A stretch of 64,000 bases of DNA from Verrucomicrobiota bacterium (GTDB lineage: Bacteria > Verrucomicrobiota > Verrucomicrobiia > Limisphaerales > J093): assembly GCA_050012855.1 (NCBI GenBank), contig JBEKGJ010000002.1, positions 24,842-88,841 of the forward strand, given 5' to 3'. The translations under genes and the position numbers were made by a program. Positions within the stretch are counted from its first letter, which is position 1; every line of letters begins with the position of its first letter. This document shows, piece after piece, positions 1 through 8,671 of the stretch. The notes beneath the pieces were generated by a model. The model was given only the letters and a program-made list of their open reading frames with translations, was not told where the DNA came from and ran no database searches.

Positions 1-904
1 CGGCGCGCTGGGCGCGGCGTTGCGGTTCGAAGAAAATGCTCTCCAGTTCGAGCGGCCGGCCCAGCTCGAAATCGAGCAGCGTCGAGGCCTTGTAGGCGGC
101 CATGCAGCGCGTGTTGGCGATGTTTTTCTCTTCCAGCGCCGGCGGCAGGGGGAAGCCAAGCGCGTTGGCCGCGGCGATGATTTCCCGCATGAGCGCGCGC
201 AGGCACATCTCCCAGCCGGGATCGGCCAGCAGCACGTCGGTGGGCAGGCACTCGGTGGGCAGGACGAACTCGGAAGGCACCGCGCCCGTCGCGAAGGCGG
301 CGTGCCCCACGACGCCCGCCACGCCGAGGCCGTTGAAGGGGACGTTCCAGACGAGCTTCTCCCAGCGAGCCTGGGCGAGATTCGCGGTGATGTCACAACG
401 GATGCCGGCCTGGCGAAACCGTTCCGCGAGCCCGTGCGTCCGCGCCTGCGCTGGCTGGCCATACTCGCCCAGCACGATCTTGCCGTGGGCGCTGTGCCGG
501 ACCACTCCGGGGGCGACCCGGTTGAGGCAAACGAAGCACAACCCGCCGAGCACGCGCTCGCCGCCGAACCGGCGTGCCAGTTCGTCGTCGCTGCCGATCC
601 CGTTCTGGAGTGTGAGCAGCAGCGTGCCGGAACCCAGAAGCGGCGGAAGGAGCCGCGGGAATTCAGCGTTCGCCGTGGTCTTGAGACCGATCACCACGAG
701 GTCGCAGGGCCCGATTTCAGCGGGTTGACGGGCACAGCGCGGGCGGGCCGTGAAATCGCCGTCAACGCTGTACACCCGGACGCCGTCGCGGCATACCGCA
801 TCGAAATCGGCGCGGAGAAGGAAATGCGTCTCCGCGCCGGTCCGGCAGAGTTTGGCGCCGTAGAAGATCCCGACGGCGCCGCAACCCACAACGGCGATCT
901 TCAT
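1..904 (-). CDS. panE: 2-dehydropantoate 2-reductase (ketopantoate reductase); 3' end runs off the window
   Basis: Absent from the ORF track because it is open at the window edge. Manual reverse translation from the ATG at 904 gives MKIAVVGCGAVGIFYGAKL (Rossmann GxGxxG), VIGLKTTAN, ARWEKLVWNVPFNGL and AYKASTLLDFELGRPLELESIF, which are ApbA/PanE family blocks. The listed + ORF 20..967 is its antisense shadow. Confidence 0.85.
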   Translation of the reverse strand, partial: MKIAVVGCGAVGIFYGAKLCRTGAETHFLLRADFDAVCRDGVRVYSVDGDFTARPRCARQPAEIGPCDLVVIGLKTTANAEFPRLLPPLLGSGTLLLTLQNGIGSDDELARRFGGERVLGGLCFVCLNRVAPGVVRHSAHGKIVLGEYGQPAQARTHGLAERFRQAGIRCDITANLAQARWEKLVWNVPFNGLGVAGVVGHAAFATGAVPSEFVLPTECLPTDVLLADPGWEMCLRALMREIIAAANALGFPLPPALEEKNIANTRCMAAYKASTLLDFELGRPLELESIFFEPQRRAQRA

Positions 905-951
905 GCGGCAGCTCGCGCGGGCCGGCATACGGCGGCGGCCCGGCGATACAC

Positions 952-981
952 AAAAAAAGCACCCTGACCCAGTCAGAGTGC
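952..981 (-). terminator. Rho-independent terminator downstream of the HU gene
   Basis: On the minus strand, just after the HU stop: GCACTCTGAC-TGG-GTCAGGGTGC (10-bp stem with one G-U pair, 3-nt loop) followed by TTTTTTT. Confidence 0.6.
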
Positions 982-999
982 CTGGTAAAAAAACCAGTG

Positions 1000-1287
1000 T
1001 TACTTGGCGCCGAGGATCGCGTCCTTGGCGGCCTTGGCGACGCGGAACTTCACGACCTTCTTGGCCGGGATCTTGATTTCGGCACCGGTGGCCGGATTAC
1101 GGCCGATGCGCGCCTTGCGATTGACCAGGACCAGCTTGCCCACGCCCGGGAAAGTGAACGTGTTCTTGGCGTTCTTGTAGGAAAGGCCCGCCAGGATTTC
1201 GAGCACCTGGACGCCCTGTTTCTTGGTGATACCGACCTTTTCCGCAATCTCGGCGGCGATTTGCGACTTGGTGAGAGGTTTTGCCAT
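1000..1287 (-). CDS. hup: HU family DNA-binding protein
   Basis: 95 aa. MAKPLTKSQIAAEIAEK...GVGKLVLVNRKARIGRNPATGAEIKIPAKKVVKFRVAKAAKDA matches the bacterial histone-like HU/IHF fold, including the RNPxTG arm. Confidence 0.95.
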   Translation of the reverse strand: MAKPLTKSQIAAEIAEKVGITKKQGVQVLEILAGLSYKNAKNTFTFPGVGKLVLVNRKARIGRNPATGAEIKIPAKKVVKFRVAKAAKDAILGAK

Positions 1288-1413
1288 AGGATCTGTTGTT
1301 ACTTGGTTAAGGAGTCAACGGACTTCCGGCTGGTTTTAACAAGCCCGCCCGGCGGCGCAAGCAGAAAATCAGTAAAAATCACCAGTATTTCATGGGTTTC
1401 GCACTTCGGCCGG

Positions 1414-2919
1414 TCACGGACGCGGTGCCGCCGGCGCCCGCCGGTAGCTCACAAACGCCGCCTGCCGGCTGTCCGGCGACCACGACGGCACGTTGATCGT
1501 TCCCTGCCCGCCGAACAGCTCCGCCACCACCTGAATTTCGCCACCGTTCGCCGGCATCAACCGAAGCTGGACGTCCTGGTTCTCCGGGTGTCCCTTCACG
1601 TCCGCAGCGTAGGAAAGCAGGACCATCCACTTGCCGTCGGGTGAAGGATGCGCGAACCAGTTGTTCAGCGCGTCGTGGGTGACCTGTTCCTGCCCGCTGC
1701 CATCCGGATGCATCCGCCAGATCTGCATCAGGCCGGTCCGCTCCGAGTTGAAATAAATCCAGTTCCCGTCCGGCGAATACTCCGGTCCGTCATCGAGCCC
1801 CGCCGCCGTGGTCAGGCGGGTTTCCGCGCCGCCGCTGGCGGGGACGGTGTAAACGTCGAACTCGCCGTTGCGCTCGGCGCAGTAGGCCAGGGTCTTTCCA
1901 TCCGGCGACCAGCCGTGCCAGTACGACGGACCCAGTTCGGTCACCCGCCGCGGCGTTCCGCCCGCCGCGGGGACGATGTAGATCCGCGATTTGTCGTCCT
2001 GCGACTGGTCGCTGATCGCCAGCTCCGTGCCGTCGGGTGACAGCCCATGGTCGTTGTTGCAGCGCGTGGCAAGGCCCGTGTCCACCAGTTCGGGAGTGCC
2101 GCCGGTGACCGGCAAACGGTAGATGTGGCCGTGCGCGTTGAACAAAAAGTGCTTCCCGTCGCGCGACCAGTTCGGCGCTTCGAGGTGATCGCGCACATGA
2201 TAAATCGCCCGGCGATCCTTCGAGGCGATGTTGACGACCTCGATCGTGCTTTCGAGCACGAGGTTGGTGGTGGGAACGTGCGGACGCGATTCGAGTTTCA
2301 CATTGGAGAACGCGGCCGTCTCGACCCGCGTGTCATCATGCGCGCACACCCCCAGCCCGACGTAAACCGGATCCTTCAATTTCAGTTTGAACGATCCGCC
2401 CGCCGGTTGCAGCGGTTCGCGGGCGCGAGCCACCGACATGAAAACTTCATCGCCATAACGCTCGATCCGCAGCGTGGCCGGGTTGGTCACGTTGGCCTGG
2501 ATTTCGTGGGTCAGTCCACCGCGCCCGGCGCGACACTGCAGCGAGGTCAGGCCATCCCCGTGCAACGCGGCGTCGGCATAGGCAGCGTCCGGTTCCAGTC
2601 CCTGCCGGATCAGCAGGCAGGCCTTGCGGTGCGCGTTGCCGCCGGTGCCCGCGAATTTCACGTCGGCCGTGAGCGCCACGTCGCCCGAAAGCTGTTTCCA
2701 GACAAAGTGGAACGCGTCGTTCGTGGACCACATGTTCGCGCCGCCGCCGGTCACCGTGAAGGTCCGCGTCGCAGCCTCGAACGAGGCGGCGCCGGCATGT
2801 TGGACCAGGCCAACGTCGGCGTGCTGTTCAAACAAGCCGAGCGGTGCGGGCCCTTCGGCGGAGCGGGCGGTTGGCAGCGCTACGGCAAGAGCCATGATGA
2901 TCTTCGCGAACGAGTTCAT
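1414..2919 (-). CDS. Secreted TolB-like PD40 beta-propeller protein with an N-terminal ConA/DUF1349-like domain
   Basis: The internal ATG at 2919 gives signal peptide [23 protein letters not shown]. The C-terminal half has repeated PD40 blades ([72 protein letters not shown]). Confidence 0.75.
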   Translation of the reverse strand: MNSFAKIIMALAVALPTARSAEGPAPLGLFEQHADVGLVQHAGAASFEAATRTFTVTGGGANMWSTNDAFHFVWKQLSGDVALTADVKFAGTGGNAHRKACLLIRQGLEPDAAYADAALHGDGLTSLQCRAGRGGLTHEIQANVTNPATLRIERYGDEVFMSVARAREPLQPAGGSFKLKLKDPVYVGLGVCAHDDTRVETAAFSNVKLESRPHVPTTNLVLESTIEVVNIASKDRRAIYHVRDHLEAPNWSRDGKHFLFNAHGHIYRLPVTGGTPELVDTGLATRCNNDHGLSPDGTELAISDQSQDDKSRIYIVPAAGGTPRRVTELGPSYWHGWSPDGKTLAYCAERNGEFDVYTVPASGGAETRLTTAAGLDDGPEYSPDGNWIYFNSERTGLMQIWRMHPDGSGQEQVTHDALNNWFAHPSPDGKWMVLLSYAADVKGHPENQDVQLRLMPANGGEIQVVAELFGGQGTINVPSWSPDSRQAAFVSYRRAPAAPRP

Positions 2920-3187
2920 GAACAGCCCCCGGAGATCAGGCATGAATTCCTGGCCAGCCGGGGTGCCGCCATTATCGGCCCGCCGTGACGCGAGGCGAGC
3001 GCAAAGTCGGGTTACGTCCCAATTCAACTTGTTGGTGGAGCGAGAGCGCGAGCCGTGTCGGCGAACTCACGGCGAGCCGGCTCGTCAGGTGTTTCCCCAC
3101 CAAATTAGGACAGTGAATTGCACGCGAGGAGGCGCGTCCACTTTTTCCGCTCTTGCCTGTGGGGGGGGAGGCGGTAGGCTTCCACGT

Positions 3188-3391
3188 ATGTTGACGGAAG
3201 AGCTTAACCAAACGGTGTTGGCGCTGCCCGCCGATGAACGACTTGAGTTGGCGCGCCGCTTGGTCGAGAGCGTGGTGTGGCCCGCCACGCTGAACGAAGC
3301 CGTCGCCGCCGGCATCCGCCGCCTTGAAGACGTGGCTTCGGGTCGAACCAAGGGGCTGACGGAAGCGGAGTTTCGCGCGGCGCTGCAATGA
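3188..3391 (+). CDS. Putative addiction-module antitoxin (small helical component)
   Basis: 67 aa (MLTEELNQTVLALPADERLELARRLVESV...) read from the tail of ORF 2624..3391. Its stop overlaps the start of the downstream toxin (ATGA). Confidence 0.6.
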   Translation: MLTEELNQTVLALPADERLELARRLVESVVWPATLNEAVAAGIRRLEDVASGRTKGLTEAEFRAALQ

Positions 3392-3708
3392 AAGTCCTCT
3401 ACCACCCGGATTTCCCGAAGGACATCCGGAAGTTCGAGGTGGAGTATGCGCGTGTCTCCGCGGGATTGGCGGCCCGCTTCCGCGCGGAGGTGGATGAGGC
3501 CCTGGCCGCCATCACGGCCGCCCCTCAGTCGGCGGGTCATTTCTTGAAGACCGGTTCCCACGTGGTCCGGGACTGTCGACGGCGCAATCTGCGCGCGTTT
3601 CCGTTTTTCGTCCTCTACGGCATCGCCGGGGACCAACTGATCGTGGGCTCGCTGATCCCCAGCCGTTCCGACCCGCTGACGTGGCTGGTCCGGTTCGTGC
3701 CCGCGTGA
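3388..3708 (+). CDS. Type II toxin, RelE/ParE family
   Basis: 106 aa. MKVLYHPDFPKDIRKF...NLRAFPFFVLYGIAGDQLIVGSLIPSRSDP is a typical ParE/RelE layout, translationally coupled to the upstream small ORF. Confidence 0.7.
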   Translation: MKVLYHPDFPKDIRKFEVEYARVSAGLAARFRAEVDEALAAITAAPQSAGHFLKTGSHVVRDCRRRNLRAFPFFVLYGIAGDQLIVGSLIPSRSDPLTWLVRFVPA

Positions 3709-3768
3709 CCCGGTTCGCCGCTGCGACTTGCCACCGGCTTGGACGGCTCGTCAGCGCCCCACCAGACT

Positions 3769-6126
3769 TCACCTCACCGGCTGACTGGCGTCATCTGGCG
3801 CCGTGATTTCATAGACCGTGCCGTCGAGAACGAACTGGACGTTCTGGCCCAGCGCCAGCCACGGCCGGGCGTCCGGATGATTCGCCGCGAAATCGAAGTA
3901 GGCCGCGGAGTTGAACGCGAGTTTGACGTGCTTCGCGTCGGGCGATTTCTGCACCAGCGAGTCCACCCACTGTTCGCCGTTCTGGAAGAAGCTCCGGCCG
4001 CCGACAAACCGGCTTTGCGGACTGGCGGCGACGCTGCTCGTCACCGCCGTCCCGGCGGCGGTGGTCGCGGCGCTCGGCGAAACGCTGCCGCCGTAGCCGC
4101 TGACTGCGGGCGCACCCGCTGGCGCCGTCGCCGCGAACGGCCGTGCCGCCTCGACGCTCATCGCCTGCAAGGCCACGTCCGGCTGATTGGCAGATTTCGC
4201 CGCCAGCCCATAACGGGCCGCCGCCACCGCGCCCCCGCCGGATACGTCCCTTTGCAGGGAACGATACGCCATTTCGGATTGGCGGAAAGCCGTCGCATCC
4301 GTCTGCAATTGTGGCAGCGACTGCTGGGCCAGCGGCACGGCGCGGCGCTGCTCGTCCTCGTGAATCAGATACGCCGTGTAGGGCGTGACGAGGCCGTACT
4401 GGCGGGCGAGTTCGGTGACTTCGTCACGCAATTCCGCGCTCTCGCCGCGCAGGCGGATTTCGTCGAGCAGGTAACCGACCCGCCGGGTCGCCCACAACCG
4501 CGGGATGAATTCCTGTCCCGCGGCGCGCTCGGGGAAGCTGGCCTCGAACTCGAACCGGTGGCTGTGCCCGTTCACCATGCCTTCCAGGACGATCTTGCCC
4601 GCGCCCGTGCCGGCGTAGCGTCCGGCCAGCACGAGTTGATCGCCCTTGAACAAATCCGGCAGCGGCGACGGATAGAGGCGCGTGACCCGCAGGCCGTCCG
4701 GGAAGGTCAGCTTGAGGTTCGCCAGCACCGGGTCCTTCACTTTCGCGTAGAAATTCGAGACCTTCACTTCGAGGTCTTCGTCGGGCAGCACGTAGGCGCT
4801 GGCGGCGCGGGTCGTTTCCGTAAGGCGGTCGAGCAGGTGCGTATTCACGTCGTTGCCGATGCCGAAGCAAAAGACGCGAGTGTTGGCGGCGCCAGCGTCC
4901 TTGGCGGCGGCGACGATCTTGTCGTTGTCGGTCTCGCCCACGGTCGGCAGGCCGTCGGTGAGGAAGATCACGAGGCTGGTCCGTTCGCTGCCCGGCGGGC
5001 GCAGCGACAGTGCCTTTTGGAGCGCGCCATGAATGTCGGTGCCGCCGATGGCGTGGAGGTTGCGCACGAATTCCTCCGCCTTCGCGCGATTGGCTTTGGT
5101 GGCGTCCACGAGCCGGTCGAACAACGGCTCGACTTCGCTCGAGAAGCGCACGAGCTCGAACCGGTCACCGTCATTCAGGTTTTCCACGCAAAACGTCAGC
5201 GCCTTCTTCGCCTGTTCGATTTTCTTGCCGGCCATCGAACCCGAGGTGTCGAGCACGAACACGACATCCTTGGGCACGGTTTTTTCGTTTTTGGTTTCGA
5301 AGGCGGGCGCGGCCAGCAAAAGAAAATAGCCTTCGCTTTCGCCGGCCGGGCGTTCGGTGAGCAGGTTGGCGCCGACCTCGCCCGCTTCCGGCGCGAAATA
5401 GAGCTGGAAGTCGGTGTCCGGCCGGACGTCCCTGGCCTCGAACCCGACCGTCGCGCCGAACTCGCCGTGGCGCGTGATTTCGACGTTGTGGGTCGGCGAG
5501 TAGATGGATTTCAGCGGGCGCTTGGTTTCGATTTCGAGACGAAGGCTGACGGTTGGGATCGGCTTGGCCGAGAATTTCTCGGTGTTCAGAGGATAGAGGT
5601 AACTGACGAGGCCGGCGTCGGCCGGCAGCAATTGCGAATAGGAAAGCTTGATGCGTTTGTGGCTGTGCGGCTCGATCGGGAAGATGCGCACTTTGAAGAG
5701 GTCACGGCCGACGTATTCGAGCAGCGCGGGGTCGCGATGGCGGCGCACGATGTCCTCGTAAATCTGCCGGGCCTTGTCCGCGGCCAGCAGTTCCGCCTCC
5801 ACCTGCTTGCCGTCCACGTCCATGCTGAACTTGTCAATGTGCGCGCCTTTGGGGACGGGAAAGATGTAGGTGCCTTCGAGCTGGCGGTCGTTCGGGTTGA
5901 AGAACTCCTGGTCCACGGCGGTCGTCGCAATCTGGTCGCGCACCTTGACTTCGACATGGTGGAAGGCGACCTCGAGCGGCGCGAAGGTGAACACCGGCGG
6001 CGGTCCCGGCCACGGCGAGCGCGGATGCGGCGGGATGACGAGAGGATCGTGAACGATGATCAGGCCGTCGGCGAGGGCGGCGGCACCCGCCCACAGGCAC
6101 AGCAGCACGGACAGAAGGCGTTTCAT
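3769..6126 (-). CDS. Secreted VIT domain + von Willebrand factor type A domain protein
   Basis: Signal peptide MKRLLSVLLCLWAGAAALA, a VIT-like block (FHHVEVKVRDQIATTAVDQEFFNPNDRQLEGTYIFPVP) and a vWA MIDAS motif (VVFVLDTSGSMAG). Confidence 0.9.
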   Translation of the reverse strand: MKRLLSVLLCLWAGAAALADGLIIVHDPLVIPPHPRSPWPGPPPVFTFAPLEVAFHHVEVKVRDQIATTAVDQEFFNPNDRQLEGTYIFPVPKGAHIDKFSMDVDGKQVEAELLAADKARQIYEDIVRRHRDPALLEYVGRDLFKVRIFPIEPHSHKRIKLSYSQLLPADAGLVSYLYPLNTEKFSAKPIPTVSLRLEIETKRPLKSIYSPTHNVEITRHGEFGATVGFEARDVRPDTDFQLYFAPEAGEVGANLLTERPAGESEGYFLLLAAPAFETKNEKTVPKDVVFVLDTSGSMAGKKIEQAKKALTFCVENLNDGDRFELVRFSSEVEPLFDRLVDATKANRAKAEEFVRNLHAIGGTDIHGALQKALSLRPPGSERTSLVIFLTDGLPTVGETDNDKIVAAAKDAGAANTRVFCFGIGNDVNTHLLDRLTETTRAASAYVLPDEDLEVKVSNFYAKVKDPVLANLKLTFPDGLRVTRLYPSPLPDLFKGDQLVLAGRYAGTGAGKIVLEGMVNGHSHRFEFEASFPERAAGQEFIPRLWATRRVGYLLDEIRLRGESAELRDEVTELARQYGLVTPYTAYLIHEDEQRRAVPLAQQSLPQLQTDATAFRQSEMAYRSLQRDVSGGGAVAAARYGLAAKSANQPDVALQAMSVEAARPFAATAPAGAPAVSGYGGSVSPSAATTAAGTAVTSSVAASPQSRFVGGRSFFQNGEQWVDSLVQKSPDAKHVKLAFNSAAYFDFAANHPDARPWLALGQNVQFVLDGTVYEITAPDDASQPVR

Positions 6127-6200
6127 AGCGAGTTGGACCGTTTTCTCACACCCTCGTTAGACGGGAACTGCGGGAAAAGGCTCCCGCAAGAAGTTCAGAG

Positions 6201-6228
6201 TTTCAAGTTTCAAGCTTCAAGTTTCAAG
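6201..6228. repeat. Heptanucleotide tandem repeat (TTTCAAG)x4, third unit CTTCAAG
   Basis: Read directly: tttcaag tttcaag cttcaag tttcaag. It lies in the divergent intergenic region between the VIT-vWA gene (start 6126, minus) and the LRR gene (start 6406, plus). Confidence 0.95.
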
Positions 6229-6300
6229 TGCTCAGCCGGGATTTTACCCGCCGCGGTACCCACCCCCCATTACAGTTGATTCCACGTGGAGTTTTTGGAC

Positions 6301-6420
6301 CGTGACGTGGTGATTTTCGGTGTTGTGTGCGGCGCTGGGGGTGATACGATGCCGATTGTTCGCCCAGCCACTCGCACGAGCGGTGGGCATTGAACATCTG
6401 GGAGCATGAAAACGCAAACC
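6301..6420 (+). repeat. Promoter/5' leader cassette, copy 1 (upstream of the LRR gene)
   Basis: A 49-bp core at 6311-6359 matches 7473-7521 at 46/49 positions. A second block, ATTGAACA, and the ATGAAA start codon keep identical spacing in both copies (30 nt and 17 nt). The core contains a candidate promoter TTGTGT(6323-6328)-N16-TACGAT(6345-6350). Confidence 0.85.
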
Positions 6421-7467
6421 TGTGGTGCGAGGACGATCAACCCGACGACAATGGGCGCGCGTTTGAGAACCGCCTGCGTCGTGAAGTTGCTGCCGCTGCT
6501 GCTGTTGCTTGCAGTGCCCGCCGCGGTGCAGGCCCAATGGAATTACAAGACCAGTTCCGGCACGATCACCATCACCGGATACACCGGTCCCGGCGGGGCG
6601 GTGACCATCCCGGACACGATCCATGGCCTTCCGGTCACCTGCATCGGGAATTGGGCTTTCGGTGATTGCCTCAGCCTGACCAATGTCACGATTCCGAACA
6701 GCATCACCGCCATCGAGGACTACGCGTTTTTTGCCTGCACTAGCCTTACCAGCGTCACGATTCCCAACAGCGTCACCAGCATCGGGAACTATACATTCTG
6801 GGAGTGCTACGCCCTGACGAGCGTCACGATCCCGAACAGCGTCACCAACATCGGAAATTGGGCGTTCGATGATTGCGTCGGCCTGACCTGCGTCACGATT
6901 CCCAACAGTGTCACCAGCATCGGAGACAGGGTGTTCTGTGCCTGCGACGGCCTGACCAACGTCACGATCCCGAACAGTGTCACCAGCCTCGGGGACTGGG
7001 CATTCTTGGGCTGCACCAGCCTGGCCAGCGTCACGATCCCCAGTAGCGTCACCAGCATCGGGGACAAGGCGTTCGATGACTGCACCAGCCTAGTGAGCTT
7101 GTATTTCCAGGGGAACGCCCCAAGCGTTGGTGGGGCTTCGTCTGAAAATGTCAGTGCGACCGTCTATTACTTGCCGGGGACCACGGGTTGGGGCACCACG
7201 GTCCTTGGCCTGCCAACAGCGCTATGGTCGCTTCCAACCCCGGTGATCCTAAACAACGGCCCCAGCTTTGGCGTGCAAACTAACCGGTTCGGTTTCATCA
7301 TCTCCTGGGCAACGAACATCTCCGTGGTAGTGGAGGCCAGCACCAATCTCGCCAATCCCGTCTGGTCACCGGTTGGAACCAACACCCTGACCGGCGGCGC
7401 GTCCTATTTCAGCGATCCACGGTGGACGAATTATCCCGCCCGTTTCTACCGCCTCCGCTCGCCGTGA
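6406..7467 (+). CDS. Secreted leucine-rich repeat protein (BspA/LRR_5 type) with a C-terminal beta-sandwich-like domain
   Basis: Signal peptide LLPLLLLLAVPAAVQAQ, then six near-identical 23-aa units VTIPNSVTSIGxxAFxxCxxLTx, then a C-terminus ...VVVEASTNLANPVWSPVG...ARFYRLRSP. Confidence 0.9.
   Translation: MKTQTCGARTINPTTMGARLRTACVVKLLPLLLLLAVPAAVQAQWNYKTSSGTITITGYTGPGGAVTIPDTIHGLPVTCIGNWAFGDCLSLTNVTIPNSITAIEDYAFFACTSLTSVTIPNSVTSIGNYTFWECYALTSVTIPNSVTNIGNWAFDDCVGLTCVTIPNSVTSIGDRVFCACDGLTNVTIPNSVTSLGDWAFLGCTSLASVTIPSSVTSIGDKAFDDCTSLVSLYFQGNAPSVGGASSENVSATVYYLPGTTGWGTTVLGLPTALWSLPTPVILNNGPSFGVQTNRFGFIISWATNISVVVEASTNLANPVWSPVGTNTLTGGASYFSDPRWTNYPARFYRLRSP
6685..7098 (+). repeat. Six tandem 69-bp coding repeats (LRR units)
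   Basis: GTCACGAT(T/C)CC... recurs at 6685, 6754, 6823, 6892, 6961 and 7030 with an exact 69-bp period, inside the LRR CDS. Confidence 0.9.
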
Positions 7468-7585
7468 CGCGCTGATTTTCCGTGTTGTGTGCGGCGGCGG
7501 GGGTGATACGATGCCGATTGTGCGCTTGGTGTGTGACGGAAGTTGTTGGAATTGAACAGTTGGAACGATGAAACACGAACCCGCT
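7463..7585 (+). repeat. Promoter/5' leader cassette, copy 2 (starts within the LRR stop codon region)
   Basis: Homologous to 6301-6420, with core 7473-7521. The equivalent promoter candidate is TTGTGT(7485-7490)-N16-TACGAT(7507-7512). The equivalent ATG at 7568 opens only a 70-aa ORF that diverges after about 2 codons. Confidence 0.85.
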
Positions 7586-7704
7586 TTTGGCGGAGATGGT
7601 TTCGAGATTGCATGGAGATGCCGTGAGGCGTCTCGTGCGTTTCTTCCCCCCGCCAGGCACCGAACTAGACCAAAGCTTGTTAGGGGTCAAAACCTCGCTA
7701 GAAT

Positions 7705-8130
7705 ATGGATATCTCGGAATTACAGACTCACCTGGCAAGAGAGCATAAGCGCCTTTATTTCGATTGGGCGAGAGAAATAATAAAGCTTTCAGCAGGTGGA
7801 TTAACTTTGACTGTATCATTGCAAAACTTCTATGTAAAGCCCAATGCGCACGCAATTTGGCTTTTGGCCTTGTGCTGGATTGCGTTGGCGTTGGCGTTGC
7901 TTTTGGGCCTGTGGGTATTGCGCGGCGAGGCCGTCCTGCATTACAATGCGTTAGATACTCTTCGGGGATTACGATCGGACTTTCAAGATCAGGCCATAGC
8001 GCAAGTTTTAAATAAAGAATCATTGGCCGAATTGCATCCCAGATATTTGAGGGCTTACCGAGCGATGCCGATTTCTTTCGCCGCAGCTCTAGTAGGATTA
8101 GTGCTCTTTGGGATTTTAAATTTACCTTAA
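7705..8130 (+). CDS. Hypothetical small membrane protein (about 3 TM segments)
   Basis: 141-aa ORF inside a visibly AT-richer patch. Hydrophobic stretches include AIWLLALCWIALALALLLGLWVL and ISFAAALVGLVLFGILNL. No family was recognised. Confidence 0.45.
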   Translation: MDISELQTHLAREHKRLYFDWAREIIKLSAGGLTLTVSLQNFYVKPNAHAIWLLALCWIALALALLLGLWVLRGEAVLHYNALDTLRGLRSDFQDQAIAQVLNKESLAELHPRYLRAYRAMPISFAAALVGLVLFGILNLP

Positions 8131-8671
8131 CCCCTAACACACCAAGGCATTGCATTGAGCGAGTCGGCGAGCCTTGATTACTGGCTCCCCCTCCTTGACC
8201 CTTTGATCCGTTCCTTGGGATAATACCTGACGGCCTTAACCAGGTCGTAGCGCAGCCCTGGCTTTCTGGCTTGGGGCTGCTTCGTTTCCACCCCCAACCC
8301 AAGGAATCCCCATGTCCGCCGAGTCTGAATCCCTGCTGCTGCACGACGTTGTGCCGCGACTCCGCTCCGCCATTCGCATCGCCGTTGCGCACGTAGGGTC
8401 CGAAGATGACGCCGAACTCCTGCCGGCCGTCGGCGGGACGCCGGCGGCTGCGCCCGAGACGGGCGCGCTCCCCATTTTCAAACCGCCGCCCGGTAGTCTG
8501 CGATCCATCGTGGCGGGTAGTTGGGGTAGGGCGCTGCTGCGTCGGCGCCCCACTTTCTTTTGCGCAATGGAGAAGCAGTCACGGCCGCGGGGCACCGCGG
8601 CCCTACCGCGGCTTGATCACCTGCCCGTGTGGCTGCCATCGCCCCTGCGCGGATGCTTGCCAAAAAGAGCC

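Noticed and set aside
3739-6279. 846-aa + strand ORF. The same class includes 20..967+, 8963..10147+, 11339..13117-, 13317..14969+, 14809..16356+, 16951..19209+, 20511..22262+, 24334..25317+, 27364..28599+, 29594..30760-, 32152..33168-, 33737..35296-, 37030..38058-, 38546..39658+, 39849..41051-, 45649..46623-, 48892..49776-, 54025..55983-, 57975..59285-, 59304..61436- and 62616..63659-.
   Set aside because: Each lies antisense to a gene with clear family motifs. Their translations are Arg/Gly/Ala/Pro-rich low-complexity sequence with no motifs, which is the usual stop-codon-poor shadow ORF of high-GC DNA.
6685-7098. Regular 69-bp periodic repeats that could be mistaken for a CRISPR-like array.
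   Set aside because: They are in-frame 23-aa leucine-rich repeat units of one CDS, with no unique spacers and no cas genes. No CRISPR array was seen anywhere in the window.
8583-8602. GC palindrome GGCCGCGG-ggca-CCGCGGCC (three CCGCGG sites within ~30 bp) downstream of GH95, considered as a terminator.
   Set aside because: There is no U-tract on either strand, so I cannot support it as an intrinsic terminator.
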